Positions 29,512 to 39,763 of a DNA stretch of 64,000 nucleotides are shown piece by piece. The stretch covers positions 1-64,000 of the forward strand of contig OZ244042.1 in the NCBI GenBank assembly GCA_965215015.1, in the 5' to 3' direction. The notes under the pieces are model-generated. The model saw nothing but the letters and a program-made list of their open reading frames with translations, was not told the origin of the DNA and did no database searches. Both the position numbers and the translations under genes were made by a program. Each line of letters begins with the position of its first letter. Position 1 is the stretch's first letter. This DNA comes from Candidatus Poribacteria bacterium (GTDB taxonomy: Bacteria > Poribacteria > WGA-4E > PCPOR2b).

Positions 29512-29983
29512 ACTCACACATTTTGACGAAAAAGGACAAGTCCACATGGTTGATGTCACGCCGAAGGCAGAAACCCTACGCGTTGCGGTGGCACGGGGGC
29601 ATGTGTTCGCAAAACCGGAGACGCTCCGATTAATCGCTGAACGTGGTTTTGAAAAAGGGGATGTCCTCGAAGTAGCTCGCCTCGCCGGCATCATGGCAAC
29701 CAAGCACACTGGCAGTCTCATCCCCCTCTGTCATCCGATCGCGCTGACCTCCGTCAAAGTTGATCTGTCAATCAATGAAGCGGAACGCCGCGTCCAAATT
29801 GAGGCGGAGGTACAGACCGTCGGACGGACAGGTGTCGAGATGGAAGCCTTGACCGCTGTTTCTGTCGCCGGTTTGACGGTCTACGATATGTGCAAGTCGG
29901 TAGACAGGGGGATGGAGATTTCTGATATTCGATTGGTCAAAAAAACTGGTGGGAAAAGTGGAACATTTATCCGGGAGGAGTAA
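29501..29983 (+). CDS. moaC: Cyclic pyranopterin monophosphate synthase
   Basis: LTHFD..MVDV, KGDVL..ARLAGIMA, LIPLCHP, TGVEMEAL, YDMCK, KTGGKSG. Confidence 0.97.
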   Translation: MMNKLTHFDEKGQVHMVDVTPKAETLRVAVARGHVFAKPETLRLIAERGFEKGDVLEVARLAGIMATKHTGSLIPLCHPIALTSVKVDLSINEAERRVQIEAEVQTVGRTGVEMEALTAVSVAGLTVYDMCKSVDRGMEISDIRLVKKTGGKSGTFIREE

Positions 29984-29988
29984 TCATC

Positions 29989-30341
29989 GTCAACCACCCA
30001 ACCCTAAAGGGTAGGGCTTGTCAACCGTTCCCTTAACTGGTATCTTTAGGGGCTTATCGGTCTTGGCTCGTCGCTTTACACGCGTGCGACCGAAGGTCAA
30101 AAGTGTACCTTTAGAATGCAAGTCAAGCAGAATCGGCGATTCCACGAACTCAATTTCAACGCGAACCCTCGGACAACCTTCTCTCCTTTGGCTACTACGC
30201 CAAGAGGGAAGCGAAAAGCGAGCGTTTTTCTTAAGGCGTCGAGCTACGATAATACCCCAAGACGTTTTGGAAAACAAGGCTAAAGCAGATGTTACCTCCC
30301 ACCACAGAGGTGTGGGTTTCCACACCTAAAGGAGTTTTCTA
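29989..30341 (-). mobile_element. Non-autonomous IS200/IS605-family element (~353 bp), probably TnpB-derived
   Basis: End hairpins GTCAACCACCCAACCCTAAAGGGTAGGGCTTG and CCTCCCACCACAGAGGTGTGGGTTTCC; no TSD; abuts ATGA at 30342. Confidence 0.8.
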
Positions 30342-33300
30342 ATGAAAAAAGAGGAACACAAAGGCACAGAGAGGCGTAAAAATAAACACAAACGTGCAAC
30401 GGCGAGAAGTTGTAAAGAATCTTTATTATTTTTTATTTTTGCGTCCTTGCGCCCAAGCATCCTTGCGTTCTTTTCAAATGCGTCTTTGCGTCCAAGCAGT
30501 AAAATAAAAAGATCGATTCAAATCTCCAGCTTGAAATCGGGACTCACAGCAGTTTACGTTTGCCTGATTTTGAGCTGTATTCTACTCATCACACCGGACA
30601 CCTCTGCCGAAGATTACGCACTTATCATTGGCGGCGTTGGCGGTGAGAAATCCTTTTATGATGAGTTTTGGAACGCGACCACACGAATGCGTGAACTGCT
30701 GATAGAGGAATACAGCTACGCATCGGAGCATGTCACCTTTCTGTTTGAAGATGACGGAGAGGTGTCGAATCTGATCGACGGGAAATCAACGAAAGCAGGA
30801 GTTGAAGCCGCTTTCACTAATCTACAGGCCCGGGTACAGCCGAGAGATCGGTTCCTCCTTTTCATGGTGGGTCATGCAACCAAAACCACAGGTGGACTAA
30901 AATTCAACTCACCCGGACGGGATATCAGGGGCATAGAATGCGCTGCGCTCATTGAGAAGATTCCCGCTGAGCAGATGATCTTAATCTTCGGATTTCCTTA
31001 CAGCGAGCGCGTCGTCTCTCAAGTGAGCAAGGAGGGGCGAACAATTATAACCGCGTGCTCAGCGCGTGAAGGGTACATGCGTTCAGGATTTGGGAACATC
31101 TTCATTGACGCCTTTTCCGATGGTGCCGCTGATGCGGATGACAATGGAGCAATCTCACTGTTAGAGGCGTTTCTGTACACTCAAAAACGGGTGAAAACGT
31201 GGTACGAAAACGATGGTTCTATTCAATCGGAGCATCCCCATCTTGACGATAACGGGGATGGGAACGCTTCACGCAAAGAGTTACCAAACGCTTCAGATGG
31301 TGCCCTCGCTCAAAGCACCTACCTTGGAAAACGTCGTTCAGCACTCGTTGCCTCTGTGTCAGCCGAAGTGGACTTGAATCGTCCCAATGGTGAATTGACA
31401 GAAACGCTTAACGAGGCTGACTACCCACCATCCCAACGCACCTCAATTTCCTATAATTTCGTTTCAAAAACAGATGAAGCACAGATCGAAGGGTTGCTCG
31501 CTGATGCACCGAAGGCGGATGATCATCCCGATAGCGGCGCGGTTGTGCTTTGGGAAACAGAGGTGATGAACGTCAACGAAGACAGCAGCTACATCTATTC
31601 GACGCGGCGGATTGTAAAGATTTTCAATGATACGGGGCATAAATTTGGTAAGGTTAGCATCCCTTATACCCGCGGAAACGATGACATCACGATTCATCAC
31701 GCTCGAACACTCACCCCCGATGGGCGTGTAATCGATCTGGACCAGCGGAGAATCGTGAAAAATATCCCACCCCCGAGTGCGGTCGAAGCAGGGTTATTTG
31801 TAGACGCTCGCCTCATGCACTTTTCAATGCCAGAGATGTCCGATGATTGCATCATTGACTACGCCTACTCGTCCAACAATCGAGGACATTTGATGCAGGG
31901 CGAATTTTGGCATCAGGCCTACTTTCAAGCCTCGGTGCCTGTGCTGCACTACCGTTTCACGATTCATGCGCCGAAAAAGAAAACTGTCTATTACCAGATT
32001 AACAGTCCGCAAACCATCGGGAGTGAACCGACAATCACGGAGAATCGCTATACACGTACTTATACATTTGAGATACATGATGTTCCCCCGCTCCGTGAAG
32101 AGGCGTTTATGCCAGCCATCGCGGACCTCGCTTACAGCATCAACATCACATCGCTTGATTCGTGGAATAAACTTATGGAGTGGTACGGCACTCTTATTCG
32201 TGAGCAAGATTATGTGACACCAGAAATCGAGCAGAAGGCGAAGGCGTTGCTGAGAGGGGCATGGAGCCGAAAAGAGAAGATTAAACGGCTTTACGAATAC
32301 GTTGCGACGAACATTGATTATGTCGGCATCGAACTCGGAATATGGGCGATAAAACCGCACTCGGCGCCCGAAATCTTTAAGGAAGGATATGGAGACTGTA
32401 AGGATAAGACAACGCTGCTCAGTACGATGCTCTCCGCGGTGGGCATCCAGTCCTATCCGGTGCTGATTTCCGCGGGTGAATCCAGCAGGGTTGTCCGTGA
32501 AATCCCTTCACTCGCGTACTTTAATCACATGATTCTCGCTGTCGAGGAAAGTGACGAGGGGGGGCTCATCTGGCTAGATGCGACAGCGGAGACCTGCGCG
32601 TTTGGAGATCTCCCCGCCAGCGATCAGGATCGGTGGGCACTCATCGTCAACCCTGATTTTCTCATGAAGGAACGGGAAGGGATAGACCAAGGGTTTACTT
32701 CAAATTCCGAGAAAATTGGCGGAATGCGGGAGCAATTATATCGATTCGCAAAAAGTCCAACCATTGGAGCGGCAGCAAACCTCAAAAGTGTTGAGACGCG
32801 GATACAGGTGGAAGATGATCTATCAGTAGAGGTCACTCAAACACTCACCGTAACCGGGGCGTTCAACACGAAACTACGAAGCCAATTGAAATATATCAAT
32901 CCTAATGAGCAATCGAAGTTTCTGCATGAATACATGGAGCTGGACGATCGCGCAAAGTTGGAGAAGGTTTCGACCCCAAAACTTGATGCCATGGAGGACA
33001 AATTGAAGATTGTCCTCACATGGCGATGTGAGGATTACCTCTTTGCTATTGGACAGCAGTATGTTCTTGAGTTACCGCTTGTCAAGCATCCTTACGCTGC
33101 GCTGCTCAGTGAAGAGGATAGGACGCACCCGGTCATCCTCGGCAAAGCGATTACTTTTGTGGATGAGGTTATCGTCAATTTATCGTCTCTATTTTCGGTG
33201 GATTCTGTGCCTGAAGACCGTGAAATTCATAACCGAGTTGGGGCTATCCAACTCAAGTATACAAAATCGAAACGAAAAATGGTAATGAAGCAGACACTCC

Positions 33301-33407
33301 GTTTCCATCGTCCAACAGTCCATGTCAATGAGATTCTCGACCTAAAGGCACTTGTCCGACAAGCCTCAAACAAGGGGACAAAGCGGGTATTGTTAGTCCA
33401 CAGGTAA
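30342..33407 (+). CDS. Fusion of a caspase/legumain-fold domain with DUF3857, transglutaminase-like and DUF3858-like domains
   Basis: YALIIGG..FMVGHA..DADDNGAISLLEAF..SEHPHLDDNGDG; ARTLTPDG; YGDCKDK, FNHMIL, WLDAT. Confidence 0.8.
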   Translation: MKKEEHKGTERRKNKHKRATARSCKESLLFFIFASLRPSILAFFSNASLRPSSKIKRSIQISSLKSGLTAVYVCLILSCILLITPDTSAEDYALIIGGVGGEKSFYDEFWNATTRMRELLIEEYSYASEHVTFLFEDDGEVSNLIDGKSTKAGVEAAFTNLQARVQPRDRFLLFMVGHATKTTGGLKFNSPGRDIRGIECAALIEKIPAEQMILIFGFPYSERVVSQVSKEGRTIITACSAREGYMRSGFGNIFIDAFSDGAADADDNGAISLLEAFLYTQKRVKTWYENDGSIQSEHPHLDDNGDGNASRKELPNASDGALAQSTYLGKRRSALVASVSAEVDLNRPNGELTETLNEADYPPSQRTSISYNFVSKTDEAQIEGLLADAPKADDHPDSGAVVLWETEVMNVNEDSSYIYSTRRIVKIFNDTGHKFGKVSIPYTRGNDDITIHHARTLTPDGRVIDLDQRRIVKNIPPPSAVEAGLFVDARLMHFSMPEMSDDCIIDYAYSSNNRGHLMQGEFWHQAYFQASVPVLHYRFTIHAPKKKTVYYQINSPQTIGSEPTITENRYTRTYTFEIHDVPPLREEAFMPAIADLAYSINITSLDSWNKLMEWYGTLIREQDYVTPEIEQKAKALLRGAWSRKEKIKRLYEYVATNIDYVGIELGIWAIKPHSAPEIFKEGYGDCKDKTTLLSTMLSAVGIQSYPVLISAGESSRVVREIPSLAYFNHMILAVEESDEGGLIWLDATAETCAFGDLPASDQDRWALIVNPDFLMKEREGIDQGFTSNSEKIGGMREQLYRFAKSPTIGAAANLKSVETRIQVEDDLSVEVTQTLTVTGAFNTKLRSQLKYINPNEQSKFLHEYMELDDRAKLEKVSTPKLDAMEDKLKIVLTWRCEDYLFAIGQQYVLELPLVKHPYAALLSEEDRTHPVILGKAITFVDEVIVNLSSLFSVDSVPEDREIHNRVGAIQLKYTKSKRKMVMKQTLRFHRPTVHVNEILDLKALVRQASNKGTKRVLLVHR

Positions 33408-33480
33408 ACGTGAATTTGCAATCCAATCCTAGTTAAAAGGGATTTTGACCGTTTGAGTTTAGTGGATGTGAGGAGAGAAA

Positions 33481-34584
33481 TTGGTGAGGCAGAAAGACTA
33501 CTATCAAATCCTTGGTGTGGGTCGGGATGCAACCTTCGACCAAATAAAGAAGGCTTATCGAAAAATTGCGATGCGTTATCATCCCGATAAAAATCCGGGG
33601 GATAAGCGTGCAGAGGAAAGATTCAAGGAAGCATCGATGGCTTATCAGGCATTGACCGAACTCACTCCGCAGCACATCGGCAATCAACCGCCAGGGAGGG
33701 GTCCGGGTAGTCAAGGCGGTGGAGGTTTTGGACCTTCTGGTGATAGTGTCTCCAAAATTAATGACCTCTTTGATAACCTATTCCAGCCCGGGGCGCAAAC
33801 CAAACGGAAAACAAAAACGAAACGAACAGTTAAAGCGAAGGGAAGACGTGGTTCCAACATAAGAGCTAGTCTGACCCTCACGTTTACTGAAGCGATGCTG
33901 GGAACGGAGCGGCCTATCCGTGTACCCCGCCATGAGGAATGCGACAGTTGTAATGGCACAGGTGCACAAAAGGGCTCGCCTCAATCAACTTGTCCTAATT
34001 GTATGGGAAACGGCGCGATCTTCGACCAGTTGCTACGTGGTAATGCAGCGAACAATAAACCGTGCGAACGCTGCCGAGGAACGGGTGTCCTCATTCATCG
34101 ACCGTGTCAGACCTGCCGCGGGACAGGTGCTACCCGCAAGGAGCGTTCTTTACTAGTGAAAACGCCTCCGGGGATTGAGAGTGGTAAATCATTACGCTTA
34201 CCCGGTCAAGGAGAATGTGGTTTACGGGGGGGGGGTTACGGCGATCTGTTTGTGGATGTTGTTGTCAAACCGCATCCGGCTCTACAACGCGATGGATATG
34301 ATTTGCGCTATCAGGTTTCAGTTGGCTTTGCGATTGCGGCACTAGGTGGAGAAATCGATGTTCCGACACTTACTGACCCCATAGCATTGAACCTCCCCCG
34401 AGGTACACAACCCAATCAGACGTTCCGGCTAATCGATCAAGGGATTCAAAAATCTGAAAACGAGAGGGGAGATCTCCTTGTCACTGTAGTCATTGAAATT
34501 CCTACTACCCTAACGAGGAAACAGGAACAGCTCCTGAAGAAGTATATCGAGTTGGAGAAAAAAGCGTCCTCACAGGAACCTTGA
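33481..34584 (+). CDS. dnaJ: DnaJ-family chaperone
   Basis: KDYYQILGV, HPDKN, four CxxCxGxG motifs, GDLFV, ALGGEIDVPTL. Confidence 0.85.
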   Translation: MVRQKDYYQILGVGRDATFDQIKKAYRKIAMRYHPDKNPGDKRAEERFKEASMAYQALTELTPQHIGNQPPGRGPGSQGGGGFGPSGDSVSKINDLFDNLFQPGAQTKRKTKTKRTVKAKGRRGSNIRASLTLTFTEAMLGTERPIRVPRHEECDSCNGTGAQKGSPQSTCPNCMGNGAIFDQLLRGNAANNKPCERCRGTGVLIHRPCQTCRGTGATRKERSLLVKTPPGIESGKSLRLPGQGECGLRGGGYGDLFVDVVVKPHPALQRDGYDLRYQVSVGFAIAALGGEIDVPTLTDPIALNLPRGTQPNQTFRLIDQGIQKSENERGDLLVTVVIEIPTTLTRKQEQLLKKYIELEKKASSQEP

Positions 34585-34767
34585 CAAACAGCTCGATACT
34601 CCCCGATGCACAGACTCAGATAGGCAGATCGGTTCTGTTCCGAGAATCCCGATTTGTCGGGATATTCAAAACAACCCCGATAAGATTGGAATTCAAAGGA
34701 ACTTGATGCCTTGACTCGCTTTCTCGTTCACTGGTTCGTTAATGAACCCATGAACTGAAATCAGCAC

Positions 34768-35352
34768 ATGAACTCATGTACTAATGAACCTATCACGGTG
34801 GTGTCGGGGCTCCCCCGATCCGGCACCTCAATGCTGATGCAAATACTGGCTGCCACCGGCTACCCGTGCCTGACTGATGGAGTACGGAAGGCGGACGCCG
34901 ACAACCCGCGTGGCTATTTTGAATATGAAAAGGTAAAATGGATTCGGCGAGATTATTCGTGGCTGCCTAAAGCGAAAGGCAAAGCGGTGAAAATCATCGC
35001 CCAACTGATGCCGTTTTTGCCGCCCCAATTCAGCTATCGAGTTATCTTCATGAAGCGCAATATCAACGAAGTGCTTGCGTCTCAGGGGAAAATGCTTCAA
35101 CGTCAGGGGAAAGGCGGCGGTAGCTTGTCCGACGTGCAGCTGGGCAAAATCTTTGAACGTCAGATCTGTCAGGTGAAGCAGCTGCTGACTCAACGTAATA
35201 TTCCGACGCTTAATGTAGCGCATTCGGATGCCCTTCAACGCCCGATGGAAATCGCGAAGAAGATTGAAATGTTCTTCGGTGAGGATTTGGATGTGTATGC
35301 CATGGCTGCAGCGGTTGACCCTAACCTCTACCGTCAGCGATATAAACAATAG
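34768..35352 (+). CDS. Sulfotransferase family protein
   Basis: PAPS-binding loop VSGLPRSGTSMLMQ, DNPRGYFEYE, EVLASQ. Confidence 0.85.
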   Translation: MNSCTNEPITVVSGLPRSGTSMLMQILAATGYPCLTDGVRKADADNPRGYFEYEKVKWIRRDYSWLPKAKGKAVKIIAQLMPFLPPQFSYRVIFMKRNINEVLASQGKMLQRQGKGGGSLSDVQLGKIFERQICQVKQLLTQRNIPTLNVAHSDALQRPMEIAKKIEMFFGEDLDVYAMAAAVDPNLYRQRYKQ

Positions 35353-35495
35353 ACTCCAACATCATTTGTATCGCATCGGCAGCATAGATCCATCTTCTGT
35401 CACGGTTCCCCTCAATCTTGGGTTCTCGAAATTACGAGAAAAGGCCTGATCGGCTTGGATAGACATATCCAAGCCATAACCGTGTAAAAGAAAAA

Positions 35496-36674
35496 ATGCA
35501 CCCTACCAACACAAAACCGCTCACGGCAGAAGAGGCAAGGGTATGTATCACCGGCTGGGATTTCAATCGTCCGGATCCATTCCCCGGACTCGGCGACTTT
35601 ATTGGATGGGCCGGGGCACTGGAGCGAATGCCTAATGGAAATTTACTGCTCGCCCACTCCGCCGGTTACTGGCACGCCTCGTTTGCATCACCGAGATTGT
35701 TTGAGAAAGAGACCCGTGAACGCTATGCCGCTGAAGGTTGGCCCGTGGATTTTGTCGCGCCCACAGGTGGACGCTCGATGGCAGTCCATTCCACCGATGA
35801 CGGTCGTACCTGGAGTAAACCTGTCGGACTGATAGACCTCCCTTTAGATGACGCTCCCGTTACGTTGTTTGTCTGTCGAGATAATACCGTACTCTGTTTC
35901 ATCAATGTGCAGGCATCTTGGTATGGATTCTCAGAGGCACCCCCGGCTTTCCGCAAAGACCTGAATGGCTTGAATACCCAGCAGTGCGTGATCAGATCAA
36001 CCGACAGCGGGACGACCTGGAGTGAACCGATTTGGTTGGACAGTCCCGGCTCATTTTACGAAAGGAGTCACGGTCAGGCGGTCCAACTTCCCGATGGGGG
36101 TATCCTCTGGCCCACCTACTATTCAAGTCAGAATGAAAATCATCTCTTGGGTGCGATGCGCCGCTCTGATGATGCCGGAAAGACGTGGCGCACCGTTTCC
36201 ACCATCCGCCGCAAAGGGAAGGATGTGGATGAACCTGCTATCGCCCGTTTCGACAGTGGACGGCTCGTTATGGTGTCCCGACCCGATGGCGGTATCTTTT
36301 TCTCAGACGACGATGGTGTGAGTTGGCACGAGTCCGGACAAATTGTAACCCCCTCCCCCCGTAGGCGGGGAGGGGAGACGCTCAAAGCACCCCGATTGTT
36401 TGTGTTGGAAGATGGCACACTCGTCTGTGTCACAACCTACCAAGGTGGATTATATGTTTTCTTGAGCCGGGACGGAGGGGCGAATTGGACGCCGGAACTT
36501 CCCCTCGATGTGTCTTGCTACGGCTACCCCGGTGGATTCCAGATTGAGGATGGATCACTGTTGATCTCATATTGTGAAAGTGGTAAAGCACCAAACCGCG
36601 TGTATGTGATACGGTTCACGGTCAACTCCACACGAGATGGTATAGAACTATTGGGCATTGGAAATTCTCCATAG
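35496..36674 (+). CDS. Sialidase-like BNR (Asp-box) repeat protein
   Basis: Five SxDxGxTW-type boxes (STDDGRTW, STDSGTTW, SDDAGKTW, SDDDGVSW, SRDGGANW). Confidence 0.85.
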   Translation: MHPTNTKPLTAEEARVCITGWDFNRPDPFPGLGDFIGWAGALERMPNGNLLLAHSAGYWHASFASPRLFEKETRERYAAEGWPVDFVAPTGGRSMAVHSTDDGRTWSKPVGLIDLPLDDAPVTLFVCRDNTVLCFINVQASWYGFSEAPPAFRKDLNGLNTQQCVIRSTDSGTTWSEPIWLDSPGSFYERSHGQAVQLPDGGILWPTYYSSQNENHLLGAMRRSDDAGKTWRTVSTIRRKGKDVDEPAIARFDSGRLVMVSRPDGGIFFSDDDGVSWHESGQIVTPSPRRRGGETLKAPRLFVLEDGTLVCVTTYQGGLYVFLSRDGGANWTPELPLDVSCYGYPGGFQIEDGSLLISYCESGKAPNRVYVIRFTVNSTRDGIELLGIGNSP

Positions 36675-36766
36675 TAACCTTTAGTGCGGGAGGGTGAAGA
36701 TATTGAGTTCATCGGTTCATTAATGAACTAATACAACAATAAACCAAAAAGGATTGGAGGTATGAT

Positions 36767-37429
36767 TTGGACCTTGAGCAGAAAACAGAGTTAATTTCTA
36801 ATGCTTTAGAAAAACTTTACGGTGTGCCTGAACCGGATACGGAAGAAAACGTCCTCGATTGTTTGATACTTACAATCTTGTCCCAGAACACAAATGATGT
36901 CAATCGCGATAGGGGATTTGCGGTCCTCAAGGAACGTTTGCCGACATGGGAGGAGGTTCTCGGTGCTGATGTAGAGGAAATCGGGGATGCAATCAAGATT
37001 GCAGGATTGAGCGGACAAAAAAGCCAAACCATCAAGAATTTCTTGACATGGCTCAAGGCAGAATATGACGAGCTAAATCTGGAGTTCATCCGCGAAATGG
37101 AAACCAAAGATGCAATACAACTGCTGTCTCAGCACAAAGGCATCGGTATCAAGACTGTGTCCGTTACACTTGCTTTTGCTTGTGGGCGCGATGTGTTCCC
37201 TGTGGATACGCACGTCCTGCGGATCAGCAAACGGCTTGGATTCGTGTCATCAAATTGTACTGCGGAAAAAGCGCATGAATTGATGCCGCAGATCATCCCT
37301 AAAGGCAAAGCGTACCCGTTTCACATGAACCTTATTGCTTTTGGACGCCAGATCTGCGACGCGCGCAAGCCGAAATGCGATCAGTGTCCCATCACGGCAC
37401 ATTGTCTCTATTATCGGGAGGAGTTGTGA
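36767..37429 (+). CDS. nth: Endonuclease III / HhH-GPD glycosylase
   Basis: ILSQNT, KGIGIKT, FPVDTHV.R, C-x6-C-x2-C-x5-C Fe-S motif. Confidence 0.9.
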   Translation: MDLEQKTELISNALEKLYGVPEPDTEENVLDCLILTILSQNTNDVNRDRGFAVLKERLPTWEEVLGADVEEIGDAIKIAGLSGQKSQTIKNFLTWLKAEYDELNLEFIREMETKDAIQLLSQHKGIGIKTVSVTLAFACGRDVFPVDTHVLRISKRLGFVSSNCTAEKAHELMPQIIPKGKAYPFHMNLIAFGRQICDARKPKCDQCPITAHCLYYREEL

Positions 37430-38298
37430 AACGAAAGGGTATCCAGATTGGAAAGACGGGGATTATTCTATTAATAATCGCCCGATAGAAGCGGTGCATC
37501 CTTATCAAGGTCCCACTGAAATGTCTTTGTGTCCGACATAAAATGCTTAAATTCAACATGATTTTGGTAGGCCCTATATCGGAACTAAAAAAAAGAGACG
37601 CAAAAATGCCAATCCAATGAGAAACGAAATGAAACGACGCTGAAACATGCTAATAGCCTCCCTATTCGTTGTAGAGGCAGTAGGAAGTCCCGATTTGTGC
37701 TCCCTCCCTCCTCAAATTTGCACAAGGCGAAAAGACCTTCACCCCAACTTCAATTCGTATGATAGCACATCGAGTTCGTGTGTATCGGTTCGATACGCTG
37801 CCTCCAACCAGTGATCCAAACTATTCCCAACTCAACAATAAATGATTCCAACGATATATCGACTGGTGTAAATCCTCCGTAACTTTCCGCAGAATGGGCG
37901 GGGCTTGTTCTCATACCTAATTCGCGTGTAGCTGCTTTTTCCGGGAACCACCTCGCGTGTTTTATAATATGAGCCGTTATGGGCAGCCCCATCATCTACC
38001 TGAAAAGCGGCTATCAGTCCCAAACCAACGCTCAATAACCCAACAATAAAAACCATCGCATTCAAATGGCGTAAACTTAACATAATTCATTTTCCTATGA
38101 GTTGTGCTCATAAAGTAGTAGGCACGACCCGCATGCCGTAAACAACACAACCGTTATGACACATTGCTGGGTTAACACGCAACTGCCATCTGTTGAATCC
38201 GTGATTCAGACAATAATTATGCACACCCCTCGCTAATATAGTATAGTCGATAAAACTCACCTTCGCTAAAAAAATAACGGAAAATAACAGCTTCGACA

Positions 38299-38326
38299 TT
38301 GCAATCACATTATGATGTGATATACT
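38299..38326 (+). promoter_or_regulatory. Promoter with an ATCACA-N6-TGTGAT palindromic operator
   Basis: TTGCAA-N16-TATACT with ATCACATTATGATGTGAT in the spacer. Confidence 0.55.
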
Positions 38327-38357
38327 GTATCCTAACATTTGTATCCGAGGTGATTGA

Positions 38358-39669
38358 TTGCCGAATATAGAACATCATACCGTAATTATTGTGGGCGGGG
38401 GGGCCTGCCGGGCTGCCGCTCGCTGTGGTGTTGGGAGGTTGGCACCCTTACTTTCGTGGAAGTCGTATGTTCAACCTGCGCTATCCACAATTGGCTGCGG
38501 GGCTGCAGCAAATCAAAGGGACCCTTTTGGGATTAGATTTCAAAGGATTGTCCAGAAACGTCCCGCCCGTGGATCTATTCCGACTCCTCCATCATCCCAG
38601 ACAGCTGTTTGAAGAACTCGCGCAAATCGCGATGGAGTTTCGCCAAGAGACGCCGATAGATTATCTACTCATTACCCAAGAGGAGGTCGGTGGACTGTGG
38701 AACAATGTTCCCCAAAATCTTTTGACCCTTTCCCCAGGACAGTGGATGGAGTTTCCGTTCTATCCACTCGCACGACATATCCAGGAACAGGGGATTGACT
38801 TAAACGTCAACGATCTAATAATCAAAGGGGATTTACTGCGTTACTATCATAGCATTCCCGGTCGATTTGGACAAACTGACCGCATCCACACCGGCGAAAC
38901 GGTTGTCCGTATTGAGCCGCATGAACGCGGCTTTCTAGTCAAGAGCAAAGATCTCGGAACGGAGATAAGCCATCAATATACCGCTAAATACCTCGTTTAC
39001 GCCGTTGGGCAGCGGTGCATCTTCCGGCGACTCAATGTGCCCGGGGAAGATCTTCCGTTTGTGGCGAAAAGCTACAATCGACCGGAGGATTTCCCCGGCG
39101 AGCGAGCGATTGTCGTCGGTGGTGGCAGATCGGCGGATTGGGCAGCAACGGAGCTCTACGATGCGGGCAAACAGGTGTATTATGTGATGCGCCAACCGTT
39201 TGAAAAACACTGGCGGTTAATCAGTGAGAGCCGCTATGGTCTGCCCTATTATGCTCGACTTGCAGAGATTATGGAGAGCCGAGACCCTCGATTTCAGACG
39301 TTGTATCAAAGCCATATCCGCAAGATTGAGGAAGGGGTTTCCATCGGTCTAGTGACAATAGACCATCAGAGTGAAAAACAAACCATCGAAGCCGAGCATG
39401 TTATCTTGGAGATTGGCGGTATCGCAGACTATTCTCCCTTTCAGGGATTTGAGCCGCTCGAACAGGTCGAAAAATATGACAACTATCGTTTCCAGTTACA
39501 TCAGGTGAGGACGCATCCGCATAACTACGAAGCGGTCAATATTCCGAACCTCTATATGGGCGGTTACCTCGCATCGGGCATCGGATTAGTGGTCATTGCC
39601 ATGCACGGGACAACTTACGCGATTGCTGGGGATATCCTTCAAAAAGAGGGACTTATCAGAGAAACGTGA
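38358..39669 (+). CDS. FAD/NAD(P)-dependent oxidoreductase (OSGIN-like N-terminus) with a +1 frameshift in a G7 tract
   Basis: HTVIIVGGG|PAGLPLAVVLGGWHPY is in frame only with G6 at 38397-38403; second Rossmann motif VVGGGRSA. Confidence 0.8.
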
Positions 39670-39763
39670 GACGTGAAACCTAAAAAAAATGGGGGCATAG
39701 GTTCATGAATGAGCGCATGAACTAATGAACCGATGCACTCTTGAATAAGGCTTGGAGCAAAAC

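Noticed and set aside
29990-30329. ORFs 29990..30325 (-) and 30018..30329 (+) as genes
   Set aside because: Both lie wholly within the IS200/IS605 mini-element and show no protein motifs
37750-38083. Small membrane gene, possibly frameshifted
   Set aside because: It has a hydrophobic N-terminus and a possible RBS but no recognisable family; too weak to call
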